IMG/VR virus record: IMGVR_UViG_3300032038_000044
Location: 1-64,000 of that record
Length of the DNA stretch: 64,000 nucleotides
Origin: a virus
Taxonomy: Duplodnaviria > Caudoviricetes
Reading direction: 5' to 3' (one strand)
This document shows positions 34,909-44,143 of the stretch, one piece after another. Position 1 is the first letter of the stretch. Each line of letters starts with the position of its first letter. The notes under the pieces are model-generated. The model did not search any database. It saw nothing but the letters and a program-made list of their open reading frames with translations, and was not told the DNA's origin. Position numbers and translations under genes: made by a program.

Positions 34909-35171
34909 TAGAATAAGCCCCCTTTCGTAAGCATTAGTGCGAGTGTTAGACCGGTAAATAATACATCCTTAATCTTATCACTCATAGGTCTGTTAAGTGA
35001 GAATGTTCTATATGACGCGATAATATTCGCTACCAAATAACAACCCTGACCTAACATATAGTTTTTACCAACGAGAACCTGCCCACATATTAGACCTATC
35101 ATAATAATATAGTTGAGATTCTCAAATGCGCGTCTTAAACGCTTTGCTTCACTTTCTTTTCTCTTGTTCAT
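34908..35171 (-). CDS. Small membrane protein
   Basis: Three hydrophobic segments. Confidence 0.7.
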   Translation of the reverse strand: MNKRKESEAKRLRRAFENLNYIIMIGLICGQVLVGKNYMLGQGCYLVANIIASYRTFSLNRPMSDKIKDVLFTGLTLALMLTKGGLF

Positions 35172-35288
35172 ACTTTCTTTTCCTTTCCTTTCTATGTATT
35201 TATTGTATCATAGGTTGATGTGTTTGTCTATTGTGCAAATTGTAGGAAAATGCGGACTTATTTTTGTGCAAAATTTAATTCAATTCCT

Positions 35289-35762
35289 TTATTTATCTTC
35301 TTCATTTCTTGCCCATTCTCCTAACTTCTCTAATATTTCCACAACACGTGGATGTTCATTTGCAAAGTACACAGCCCAAAAGGTTGCCGCCACTTCGTCA
35401 GGTAATTTAAAATATTCCGTCTTTAAAATAGCAACATAGCCATCTATATTATCATCTTCTAAGGCTTCAATAGCTTTTTCAATTTTCTCCTTTTCCGCCA
35501 TTATTTCTTCCTTTTGTTCATCAGATATTCTTGGAAGTGTTATTGAATGACCTATCTCGTGTAATATAGATAAAGCAAAAGGACAATTAACTTTATATCC
35601 AAAAGTTGATTCAATATCTTCATTGAAAGCCCTATCTTGAATTTCATCACAATTTACACGATATGTTAAAGTATCATCATTTTCATCATACTGAAAATCA
35701 TCTCCCTTAACCACATTCTTAATATTGAAATTGCGCTGGATGTATAATTCTAATGTATTCAT
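35289..35762 (-). CDS. HExxH metallopeptidase-like protein
   Basis: ILHEIGH ... PDEVAATFWA; paralogue of 39415-39927. Confidence 0.7.
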   Translation of the reverse strand: MNTLELYIQRNFNIKNVVKGDDFQYDENDDTLTYRVNCDEIQDRAFNEDIESTFGYKVNCPFALSILHEIGHSITLPRISDEQKEEIMAEKEKIEKAIEALEDDNIDGYVAILKTEYFKLPDEVAATFWAVYFANEHPRVVEILEKLGEWARNEEDK

Positions 35763-35828
35763 TTACTTATCTCCTTTCCTTATGTATTTATAATACCATA
35801 AAATTAAGGAAAATGCAACCTAAAAAAA

Positions 35829-35907
35829 TGCACAAAATCACATTTGAAATTTTGTTGAAACTGCCTATTGACAAAAAATTTTGCTCGACTCGAATGAAGT
35901 CGAGCAA
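35829..35907 (+). promoter_or_regulatory. Cassette copy 2 (degenerate; -10 absent)
   Basis: TGCACAA, TTGACA, then directly stem TTGCTCGAC/GTCGAGCAA. Confidence 0.65.
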
Positions 35908-35930
35908 CCCAAAGGTTGCTCTTACCTCAA

Positions 35931-37196
35931 TTAGAGTTCATTAATATGAAGATTGATGATTTCATCAATAGCCTCAATCATAGGTACATCTACTGAACTA
36001 ATATTTACATTGTTTCTATATCTAGCTTCAACAGTAGCACCCTGTTCCTTGTTGAAACGGCAAGTTAAATATGATTTATCTGGACTTCCAATCTTTCGTA
36101 TAAAATAGATATAATTTCTACCCTCAAGAATAGAGCCATCATAGTAATAACCAACACAGTTGTTCTGCTGACGACCCTCATCAATCTTTTCAGCTTGGTT
36201 CTGTGGTACAATTACTATATACCCATCAAGCTTATGAGTATTAATGAAGTTAAGCTTCTGTAACTGAGCGCTCAGTTCTTTATTTCTAAGATTTTCAAGT
36301 AAGTTTTCAGCGTTTCTAATATTTACCCCTAGCGTTCTATTTGTATCTAAAGTGAACTCAAGTTCTTCTTGTCGTAAATCATCTACAACATCTATGAGGT
36401 CTCTAAGAAGCTGACTTATACCATTTAATCTCTCAAAACATATTGTATTTTCAATTACTTTTAATAATTGACTAGGTGGTAATATATCAACCATATTTTT
36501 ATAATTGTTTCTTATATCAAGACACTGAAAGATAAAACCTCTCTCTTTAGCTGAATAGTTAGAATAATCTCTATCCACCTGACACCTAGAAATAGCTATG
36601 CGCCAATTTCTACCATGTATATCTAAATACCTAGAAAAATTTTTAGGCATAACTTTTGGGTCAAAATTGTTACTTTTTAGTTCTTCTATAATAGATTTAA
36701 CTTCTGTAAAGCTAGTTGCATAATTGAAAATCCATTCATAATCAAATAATTTAATAATATCATCAAAAGAATTAAAACCACAATCAACAGTCATTCTGTA
36801 ATTACCAAAGTCATTTTCTTTTGTGATAAAATCATAAGAAAACCGTCTAATCATGTGCATATTTTGAGCTTCAAAATTTAATATGTTCTTATTTTTATAA
36901 AATGACCTATAAGGATTAACTATAGCTATATCTTTAACTATCTCATGTAATGACTTCTTATTTGGGTCATGGTCAACTATATATTTAATAGGAGACGGAT
37001 ATTGTACCTTATATTCAACCTGAAGTCTCTCAAGACTTGCCTTTATTGCTGGAGCATTAACACTACTATGGTCTAACTGTTTACAACAACTCATAGAAAA
37101 TAATGCAACATCAGTTGTAGTAAAATCATTTACTCTTGAAATGATTACCTTTAACATATTATCCAATTCTTTCTTTTCATAATAATTTAATCCCAT
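35931..37196 (-). CDS. PcfJ-like domain protein
   Basis: VPQN..E.IDEGRQQNNCVGYY ... IYFIR C-terminal motif. Confidence 0.75.
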   Translation of the reverse strand: MGLNYYEKKELDNMLKVIISRVNDFTTTDVALFSMSCCKQLDHSSVNAPAIKASLERLQVEYKVQYPSPIKYIVDHDPNKKSLHEIVKDIAIVNPYRSFYKNKNILNFEAQNMHMIRRFSYDFITKENDFGNYRMTVDCGFNSFDDIIKLFDYEWIFNYATSFTEVKSIIEELKSNNFDPKVMPKNFSRYLDIHGRNWRIAISRCQVDRDYSNYSAKERGFIFQCLDIRNNYKNMVDILPPSQLLKVIENTICFERLNGISQLLRDLIDVVDDLRQEELEFTLDTNRTLGVNIRNAENLLENLRNKELSAQLQKLNFINTHKLDGYIVIVPQNQAEKIDEGRQQNNCVGYYYDGSILEGRNYIYFIRKIGSPDKSYLTCRFNKEQGATVEARYRNNVNISSVDVPMIEAIDEIINLHINEL

Positions 37197-37295
37197 TTTT
37201 TATTACCTATTTCCTTTCTTTTCTTGTAAAGATTTCTTACCTCTTCCTTATGTATTCATTATACTACCTCTACCCTCTAATGTCAAACAAAAAAA

Positions 37296-37407
37296 TGCAC
37301 AAATTGCGGGAAAACTTTTTGACATTTTTTATGCAAATTTCCTCTTGACAAAACCGCCTAGGTGTGGTACAATGTTGAATATTGGTCGCGACGCGCGCTA
37401 GCGACCA
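37296..37407 (+). promoter_or_regulatory. Cassette copy 3
   Basis: TGCACAA-N26-TTATGCA, TTGACA-17-TACAAT, stem TGGTCGC/GCGACCA. Confidence 0.8.
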
Positions 37408-37409
37408 AC

Positions 37410-37720
37410 GCAATAAAAAATAGCCACTATCCACCTATTGCAATCAGTGAATAATGACTATTAGTGCGTGGTAGCCAACCACTAGTATGCTCTTCAGCGC
37501 TATTAACCTATAACTAGGGCAGGTTTCGTCACGCAAGAAACCTACAAACTGCCTCAGTGACTTTAGCGAACACTGCTCCGCTGCCCCTATCTTATCCAAG
37601 TTGGCTAACGCTTGGATAACTGCTACTGTCAAGAAGTGTGAGGATTCGGACCTCTAATCCCATATATGACACCCCTAGTTTGTAAGGGGTAGGTAGTCAT
37701 TCCTACCCCTAGCACCTATG
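37410..37720 (-). ncRNA. Structured 3'-UTR or ncRNA candidate
   Basis: Dense hairpins (TTATCCAAG/CTTGGATAA, GGTTTC/GAAACC, AGGGGTAGG/CCTACCCCT) and a tRNA-like minidomain; no SD-led ORF. Confidence 0.45.
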
Positions 37721-37724
37721 AAGA

Positions 37725-38057
37725 TTACTCTGCGAGAGAGTAAGCTGACTTCTTAGCATCCTTTACGACCTTACCAGCCTTAATAAGTCTACCAAGAGAA
37801 GCTGTTACCTTTGGAACTGAGCCAAATGCTTCGACATCCTTTGCAAAGATATTTGTTGGTGACATAGGCTCTGTACCAAGTACGGCAAGTACCTTTTCAT
37901 CAATATTAGCCTGAGCCTCAGCTACCTTTTCAGACTTACCTGAATACTTCTTCACGATAGACTCCTTGAGTGCCTCAAGACGCTCCTTAACCTCTGCATC
38001 ATCAACAACCTCAATTGCTTTCTCAAGTGCTACTTTGTACGAAATTTTCTTTTCCAT
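37725..38057 (-). CDS. Winged-helix-like DNA-binding protein (paralogue of 40204-40542)
   Basis: PMSPTNIF...SVPKVTASLGRLIKAGKV. Confidence 0.7.
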   Translation of the reverse strand: MEKKISYKVALEKAIEVVDDAEVKERLEALKESIVKKYSGKSEKVAEAQANIDEKVLAVLGTEPMSPTNIFAKDVEAFGSVPKVTASLGRLIKAGKVVKDAKKSAYSLAE

Positions 38058-38143
38058 AGTTTTTTCTTCCTTTCTTTTTTGAAAAATGTTTTTGTTTCTT
38101 TACATCTTTATTATATCAGATGTTTTTTACTTTGTCAAGAGGT

Positions 38144-38189
38144 TTTTTGAAATTGTTTTCAAATCTCACTTTGGATTTGTTATCTTTTC
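38144..38189. repeat. 46-bp repeat, copy 1 (second copy at 49360-49406)
   Basis: TTTTTGAAATTGTTTTCAAATC-N3/4-CTTTGGATTTGTTATCTTTTC. Confidence 0.8.
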
Positions 38190-38336
38190 TTTACCTCTTT
38201 ACATTTACTATTATAGCAAATGTTTTGAAGTTTGTCAAGAACTTTTTTTATTTTTTTAATTTTTATTTTTAAGTTCTTTCCTTCACTTCTTGATTAAATT
38301 ATAGCAAAAAATTTTTCAAATTACAATTAGTAATGT

Positions 38337-38449
38337 TGCACAAATTTTAGGAAAAGCCATTGAAAAATTTTGTGCAATTTTTCACTTGACAAAAAGCCTG
38401 GGAGTGTGGTATAATGGAAATATTGCGCGTTTCTTGAGAAAACGCGCAA
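38337..38449 (+). promoter_or_regulatory. Cassette copy 4
   Basis: TGCACAA-N26-TTGTGCA, TTGACA-18-TATAAT, stem TTGCGCGTTT/AAACGCGCAA. Confidence 0.85.
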
Positions 38450-38479
38450 CCAAATAAAAAAGAGGGGTTACCCCCCTCT

Positions 38480-38680
38480 TTATCTGTATGTAACACACAT
38501 AATCTGTTCTATATCAATGTAAAGTGGCATACTACCTTTAAGCCCTTCAAACGAATAACCAGTAATCCTGCCATTAGTAAGGTCTACCTTAGCATAATTA
38601 CAACGTATGCGCAAAGACTTTCCATTTTTAAAAATGATTAATGCACTTTTTATCTTTTTATCTTTCTTTTTACCAAACAT
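38480..38680 (-). CDS. Hypothetical protein
   Basis: SD GAAGGA. Confidence 0.7.
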   Translation of the reverse strand: MFGKKKDKKIKSALIIFKNGKSLRIRCNYAKVDLTNGRITGYSFEGLKGSMPLYIDIEQIMCVTYR

Positions 38681-39192
38681 TAAAACATTCCTTCAAATCC
38701 AATAAGTTTAGCAAATTTTTTTGGCTCTTTTTGAATAAATCCATTATCCTGAAGAAACTCTTTACACTCTTCAATAGGTAGTCTTGATACTACCATATCT
38801 AATGTCCAATGCTCTAATACTATTACTTCTTTTTTGAATTGAAAAACATCATAAGGCTTAAACTTTGTAGTATATATACCAAAGTCATCAAACTCAGCAT
38901 AGTATTTTGGTTTACTTGAGAATAAACCAAATTTAACTTTTTTAGAAATGGTTATTTCTAATTTTTGCTCTAAAGCTGTTTTCCAATTAAAATAATCGTG
39001 GGCGGTATTATAATCACTTATATCTATACCAAGACCAAATAATTCTTTAGCAGGAATTAATTTTGTATCGAAGCTCTCTGGTATTTCTCCATAGCGTGTT
39101 TTTGTTGTAATTATGCTATCAACCCAATCTGATGAAATAAATTCACCATTTTTTAAAAGTTTAATTTCTGTATAATAAATTCCTTTACTCAT
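38680..39192 (-). CDS. Hypothetical protein
   Basis: ORF in operon. Confidence 0.7.
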   Translation of the reverse strand: MSKGIYYTEIKLLKNGEFISSDWVDSIITTKTRYGEIPESFDTKLIPAKELFGLGIDISDYNTAHDYFNWKTALEQKLEITISKKVKFGLFSSKPKYYAEFDDFGIYTTKFKPYDVFQFKKEVIVLEHWTLDMVVSRLPIEECKEFLQDNGFIQKEPKKFAKLIGFEGMF

Positions 39193-39373
39193 ATTCCCTT
39201 ATTTCCTTTCTTAATTTATCGCGGCGGCGACCCTTGCGCCCAGTCTTGTACTTTTCAGAGACCCAAGCGCCGTTTCCGCATTGGTATGGATTGAATTTTT
39301 CCATATCTATAAGTGACTTTTCAATACTATCCATCACTTGAATTGTTTCTCTTCTTTTTCTCTTGTGAGCCAT
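39185..39373 (-). CDS. Small basic hypothetical protein
   Basis: SD AAGGAG before MAHKRKRR. Confidence 0.65.
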   Translation of the reverse strand: MAHKRKRRETIQVMDSIEKSLIDMEKFNPYQCGNGAWVSEKYKTGRKGRRRDKLRKEIREYE

Positions 39374-39414
39374 AACCTTATCTCCTTTACATTTATAATT
39401 ATAGCATAATGCTT

Positions 39415-39927
39415 TTACTCTGTCAAGCACTTTCTATAAAATCTTTTTAATTCTTTTTTGATAAGATTGTCAAAGTGTAACACTTCTTTTCTGTTGTTGT
39501 GGATGTAGTCACAAGCCCACTGAGTAGCCATAAGCTCATCAGCCAAGTGCCAGTAGTAGTTACCTATACTTGGTGTCCATTTTGGTTGCTTACTTAACAT
39601 TTCCTTTACTTCATTACAGTAATCATCTTCACTACTTGTAAGATAATTCTGTGTCATAATGTGACCTACTTCGTGTAATAATGAAAGGGTAAAAATGTCA
39701 ACACCATCAATGTTAAATTCTTCTTTTACAAAGTCCTTAAAAGCCTCGTCAGCTTTATTCTTCATAAGAACAGTATAGAATATTGTATTTGCATCATCGT
39801 GGCAACAACATAAGAAATCATAACTGATTCCACCGCTATTACAACCAAAAGAAGTGATGTATCTATCGACAACCCTTGTAACCTTATGAAGTTCTTTACT
39901 AACCTTATTATCTATTCTCTTACTCAT
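39415..39927 (-). CDS. HExxH metallopeptidase-like protein
   Basis: LLHEVGH ... ADELMATQWA. Confidence 0.7.
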   Translation of the reverse strand: MSKRIDNKVSKELHKVTRVVDRYITSFGCNSGGISYDFLCCCHDDANTIFYTVLMKNKADEAFKDFVKEEFNIDGVDIFTLSLLHEVGHIMTQNYLTSSEDDYCNEVKEMLSKQPKWTPSIGNYYWHLADELMATQWACDYIHNNRKEVLHFDNLIKKELKRFYRKCLTE

Positions 39928-39993
39928 AGGTCTTATCTCCTTCCTTATGTAATCATTGTACTATGAATTGAGGGAATTGTCTAGTCGTCAGAT

Positions 39994-40072
39994 TGCACAA
40001 AGTTCAAATCAAAAATTTGTTGAAATTGCCTATTGACATGAAATACTGTCCGGCGCGCTTGACGTCGGACAG
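39994..40072 (+). promoter_or_regulatory. Cassette copy 5 (degenerate; -10 absent)
   Basis: TGCACAA, TTGACA-TG-AAATAC, stem CTGTCCG/CGGACAG. Confidence 0.7.
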
Positions 40073-40203
40073 CCCAAACCATCAAAGCCCCCTACATTGC
40101 GTAGGGGGCTCTGAAAGGAAGGTATAAGGTTTTTCGTGTTAGAAAAGTGGGGAGGGGAGTTGCACCCCTCTAGCTAGGACTTTCTTCCTCGCCCACCTAG
40201 ACA

Positions 40204-40542
40204 TTAGACAAGCTTGTAGCCTGTCTTTTTACCACTGATAGCAACCTTTTCAGCCTTGCCATCTGCAACAAGTCTTGTAAGTGATGCAGTAACCTTTGGT
40301 ACTGAACCAAGTGCCTCAGCATCCTTTGCGAAGATTGCAGTTGCTGACTGTGGCTCATCAGTAAGGACTGCAAGAACTGCCTCATCAACTGCTGACTGAG
40401 CCTGAGCGACCTTTTCTGACTTTCCTGAATACTTCTTGACGATTGATTCCTTGAGAGCCTCTAATCTCTCCCTTACTTCCCCGTCTGCTACTTCCTCGAT
40501 TGCCTTTTCAAGTGCTACCTTGTAACTCATTTTCTTCTCCAT
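40204..40542 (-). CDS. Winged-helix-like DNA-binding protein
   Basis: Closely similar to 37725-38057 over its full length. Confidence 0.7.
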   Translation of the reverse strand: MEKKMSYKVALEKAIEEVADGEVRERLEALKESIVKKYSGKSEKVAQAQSAVDEAVLAVLTDEPQSATAIFAKDAEALGSVPKVTASLTRLVADGKAEKVAISGKKTGYKLV

Positions 40543-40629
40543 TTTTAATTACCTCTCTTTCTTTTTTAATGGATTTCTTTTTGTTTACATCTTTATTATA
40601 GCAAATTTTTTTAAGTCTGTCAACACTTT

Positions 40630-40741
40630 TTTTTATTTTTTTTAACAGACTTTAGAGGACTGTCAACCACCTAAAACAGTTAGCGTAGCCAACTTCCCAC
40701 CGACCATCCTAGTAGTGCGGTTTCCGCATTTCCTCTTTACA
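40630..40741 (-). ncRNA. Small RNA candidate (~110 nt)
   Basis: Extended -10 TGtTATACT upstream; TGCG-GAAAC-CGCA hairpin; closing stem TTGACAG/CTGTTAA; no ORF. Confidence 0.4.
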
Positions 40742-40785
40742 TTTATAAGTATAACAAATTTTAATTTTCTTTTCTATTGTTAAAA

Positions 40786-40898
40786 TACACAAATTATAGG
40801 AAAAATCTTGGCTGTTTTTTGTGCAATTTTACTCTTGACAAAACTGCCAGGGTATGTTATAATGGTGAATACTGGGCATTTTGCGCGAAAATGCCCAG
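40786..40898 (+). promoter_or_regulatory. Cassette copy 6
   Basis: TACACAA-N26-TTGTGCA, TTGACA-17-TATAAT, stem CTGGGCATTTT/AAAATGCCCAG. Confidence 0.85.
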
Positions 40899-40922
40899 CC
40901 CACTAAAGGCTAGGCATTGGAT

Positions 40923-41318
40923 TTAATCATCATAGCTAAAGTAGTAAACATCAACAACCTTTGTTTTCTCGAATCTTTCTCCATCCTCAGAAGTATAAAC
41001 TACTGTTTCTTGTTTGCAATCACAATAACTTTTTTTAAGTCTTACCCTTTTATCTGGAAAGGCTTTCATTAAGGCTTTTCCAATTAAACTGAGTCTTTCT
41101 TTAGGATTAAAACTACGGTCATTGTCAATACTATTTTCTATTGTTTTTGATAGAACATAGTTACCAGTAAGTTTTGAAATATCTCTAGCAGTAAAATTCT
41201 GTGTATCGTCATTTTTTAGTTTCTTTAATGCAGATACTAATAAATCTAGTGTTTTTTCATTTATTTCTCTTAATGCTGTTCTTCTACTCATCCTCTTCAC
41301 ACTCCTCTTCATTATCAT
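40923..41318 (-). CDS. Hypothetical protein (possible wHTH)
   Basis: FTARDISKL; similar C-terminal beta tail to 41284-41850. Confidence 0.65.
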   Translation of the reverse strand: MIMKRSVKRMSRRTALREINEKTLDLLVSALKKLKNDDTQNFTARDISKLTGNYVLSKTIENSIDNDRSFNPKERLSLIGKALMKAFPDKRVRLKKSYCDCKQETVVYTSEDGERFEKTKVVDVYYFSYDD

Positions 41319-41850
41319 TATACACTTCTTTTACTTTTTTTACAGCGCAAAAACAGTGTTCACTCTTACCTCTAAAAAGTACACTTCCATCATCGCCATA
41401 ATATTTCTTTTTATTTGGCTTTAACTTGTATGTTACTTCATAACCGAGTTCTTCACTCTTCCAATAAGGAAGTTCACTTTGATGTATAAGTTTGCGCTCA
41501 AGTGTTTTAAGAGAAGTGAAACTAATGTTTGCATTTTTATAAATCTCTTCCGGTGTAAAATACTCGCTAGGATTCTTTGCTAAAAATTCAAGACATTTTT
41601 TGTTTTCATCCTTAAGTATCATACCTATGTACTCTGTAATCTCTGCCTCATTCATCTTAGTTAATAATGAAATAGTTGCAGGTTCAATATCATCTTCACC
41701 AACCCAAGCAGAAAAATTATCATCTTCTACTAAATATTCTACCCTATATGTATATTCAGTATCAGTAATTTTGACAATTTGCCCCTCTAATAATCTACCT
41801 ATTGACCTTGTCATAATAACTTCGTCATTTACTTCATATTGAATTTTCAT
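41284..41850 (-). CDS. Hypothetical protein (SH3-like plus wHTH-like)
   Basis: Start MKIQYEV after SD GAAAAGG. Confidence 0.65.
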   Translation of the reverse strand: MKIQYEVNDEVIMTRSIGRLLEGQIVKITDTEYTYRVEYLVEDDNFSAWVGEDDIEPATISLLTKMNEAEITEYIGMILKDENKKCLEFLAKNPSEYFTPEEIYKNANISFTSLKTLERKLIHQSELPYWKSEELGYEVTYKLKPNKKKYYGDDGSVLFRGKSEHCFCAVKKVKEVYNDNEEECEEDE

Positions 41851-41903
41851 ATTTTTTACCTTTTCCTTTCTTTCCTTTATTATACGCTCTTGGCTTGAGG
41901 TTG

Positions 41904-42365
41904 TCAAGCCAATTTGCGTAAAATTTCAATAATATTTTCATTTGCATCAATGGTGTCGCCATTTTTCCAATTAACTCGGTTTGGTTCTTCATCATCAACT
42001 AAGATGCCTGTACCATATCTCTCACAGATAGCACTCTTATCAGTTCCGTATGGAACTATGATGACTTCATCAAGTAAGTCCATTATGAGATACTTTCTTA
42101 ACCAATTCCTCTTTGCAAGGTCTATCTGCTGAGCATATATCTTATCACAACTTCTTGATAACCAAGATATAACTCCTAACTTATATCCCTTTGACTTGAG
42201 GTCAGCGAGAACTTCCAAGAACTCAACAAGAGGATAGATAACCTTTGCTTTAACGTATGGGCGGACACGCTTGTTATTGAGGTCGTCTAACCAACCATCT
42301 ACACCATAGAAGTCAGCGAGTGTACCATCCATATCAAACCATACCCATTTGCTTTCCTTATTCAT
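41904..42365 (-). CDS. HAD-superfamily 5'(3')-deoxyribonucleotidase-like protein
   Basis: FDMDGTLADF motif I; K; ILVDD motif IV. Confidence 0.85.
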   Translation of the reverse strand: MNKESKWVWFDMDGTLADFYGVDGWLDDLNNKRVRPYVKAKVIYPLVEFLEVLADLKSKGYKLGVISWLSRSCDKIYAQQIDLAKRNWLRKYLIMDLLDEVIIVPYGTDKSAICERYGTGILVDDEEPNRVNWKNGDTIDANENIIEILRKLA

Positions 42366-42447
42366 AACCCTTATCTCCTTTCCTTATCTTATGTACTCAT
42401 TATATACCCTTACACCCTACCCCGTCAAGCATTTTCACATAAAAAAT

Positions 42448-42560
42448 TGCACAAAATGCGGGAATGGCGGCGAGGGAACTTTGTGCAAGATTACCATTGA
42501 CAAAACACCAAAGGGGTGGTATAATTGAAAATACTGCCCGTTTGGAATGCGAACGGGCAG
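42448..42560 (+). promoter_or_regulatory. Cassette copy 7
   Basis: TGCACAA-N26-TTGTGCA, TTGACA-17-TATAAT, stem CTGCCCGTT/AACGGGCAG. Confidence 0.85.
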
Positions 42561-42585
42561 CCAATCACTCAAAAAAGGGGTAGAC

Positions 42586-42858
42586 CTAGGTCCAGCCCCT
42601 TTCCCGCTTTATTTCCTCATAGCGTTTCTCATTTTCTTCTTTTATCTTCTCTTGGTCATATACTCTCATCTTGAGCTTAGTGTAGCCATACTTGTAAAGG
42701 TCAGCTTTAGTCCAGTACCTCTTTTGACAAATCTTGCCAAGCGCCTTTGGCTTGTAGTCGATTCCTTTATTCTTCAACCATTCTTTTGTTGGTACTTCGA
42801 CTAATGTACTAACTGGCTTGTATCCTTTTGAACTAAAAACTGTAACCTGTACTTTCAT
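42586..42858 (-). CDS. Hypothetical basic protein
   Basis: SD AGAGG before MKVQV. Confidence 0.7.
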   Translation of the reverse strand: MKVQVTVFSSKGYKPVSTLVEVPTKEWLKNKGIDYKPKALGKICQKRYWTKADLYKYGYTKLKMRVYDQEKIKEENEKRYEEIKRERGWT

Positions 42859-42919
42859 TACTTTACCTCTTTTCTTTTGATAAATCAATTATACCATACT
42901 TTGAATAGGGTGTCAACCC

Positions 42920-43324
42920 CTATTCAAGTTCAATGTATTGTATCGCATCAGCAACCTTCTTTGAATAATGACATTTCATAAAAGGGCTATTCACTGAATA
43001 CTTGTAATTAGCAACCTTTTTGTTATACTCAGTAACCTTATCATAGAAAGTAGTTTTTGAAATATCTTCATAGGTTGATTTCATAGCTTTTGCCTGGGCT
43101 GTTAATGTTTGATACTCTACTTGATATTCTGTTATTGTTTTATCTTGATTATACTTTGTGTGTACGTCTATAATATCTAAGACACTTATTATAAGTACAG
43201 CACCAAAGATGATACCAAAAAAGAGACATATAGTAAACGTCATATCTGCATCATTATGATATGCCCTAAACATAAGTACAACCATTAATAAAACTGCAAT
43301 ACCTGATAAAATTTCAATTAACAT
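42920..43324 (-). CDS. Membrane-anchored protein
   Basis: Two TM segments plus coiled C-terminus. Confidence 0.7.
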   Translation of the reverse strand: MLIEILSGIAVLLMVVLMFRAYHNDADMTFTICLFFGIIFGAVLIISVLDIIDVHTKYNQDKTITEYQVEYQTLTAQAKAMKSTYEDISKTTFYDKVTEYNKKVANYKYSVNSPFMKCHYSKKVADAIQYIELE

Positions 43325-43339
43325 TTTCTTTACCTCACT

Positions 43340-43498
43340 TTACTTTTCATTCATTAAAGCCTTATATGTTCTATATATATAATCGGCTTTATGCGTATTT
43401 CTTACAAGTTCCTTAAACCATACAACCCTTATAGAGTTCGCGCCATACTTGGCAACTAGGTCATTTATCAATTCGTCTTTTGTTATTTTCTTTTTCAA
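43340..43498 (-). CDS. Small hypothetical protein (52 aa, TTG start; not in ORF track)
   Basis: SD GGAAGGTGG; KKKITKDELINDLVAKYG... Confidence 0.55.
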   Translation of the reverse strand: MKKKITKDELINDLVAKYGANSIRVVWFKELVRNTHKADYIYRTYKALMNEK

Positions 43499-43584
43499 TC
43501 TACCACCTTCCTTATTTTATTCTTCTTTCCTTACCTTATGTACCCATTATACACCCTCACCAATGTCATTACAAGGTGTAATAA

Positions 43585-43698
43585 TGCACAAAATTGCGGG
43601 AGTTTCATCACTAATCTTTGTGCAACTTTCTACTTGACAAAACCACCCAAACCATGTTATAATAGAATTTACTGGTCGTTTGGAAAGCGAACGACCAG
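43585..43698 (+). promoter_or_regulatory. Cassette copy 8
   Basis: TGCACAA-N26-TTGTGCA, TTGACA-18-TATAAT, stem CTGGTCGTT/AACGACCAG. Confidence 0.85.
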
Positions 43699-43723
43699 CC
43701 CAAGAAAGACTGGTCGTAATTCT

Positions 43724-44143
43724 TCATAAGCAAAGAAAACTAAGTGAGTAAATATGGTTTGGCTCTAAATTTTCAAATGCTTTGCTTGTGTTAGGAAAAG
43801 CTGGAAGCCAGACAACGTCATATCCCCAGATGCCACCATTAAGTGAAACATATCTTTGATTGTATAAAATTTGAAGAACATATTCAAAATTATTTTTTGG
43901 CGGTCTGCCTGGGCGATTCCTAGTTATTGGTTGTTTTAATTTTCTAATACCGGCAACTTTGTTTCTAAAAGGTGCAATAATATTCTTTATATATTCTCTC
44001 TCTTCTTCTGTGAGTACGTTTCTTCTTTCGCAAAGTGGAGCATCAAAGAAATTTTCTCTTGTATTACCATAGCGCCCCTCTTCTTTATCTTTTTTGGAGC
44101 GACCTTCATATCCAGTCCACTCGATGTATTCTTTTTCTTTCAT
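43724..44143 (-). CDS. Hypothetical protein (paralogue of 45174-45578)
   Basis: VL...E..Y....I.PFR.K ... LP.F ... Y.L..L.L. Confidence 0.7.
   Translation of the reverse strand: MKEKEYIEWTGYEGRSKKDKEEGRYGNTRENFFDAPLCERRNVLTEEEREYIKNIIAPFRNKVAGIRKLKQPITRNRPGRPPKNNFEYVLQILYNQRYVSLNGGIWGYDVVWLPAFPNTSKAFENLEPNHIYSLSFLCL

Noticed and set aside
40175-40192. RNase P-like GAGGAA...AGUCC word
   Set aside because: Imperfect match in a ~60-nt element with no other RNase P conserved regions
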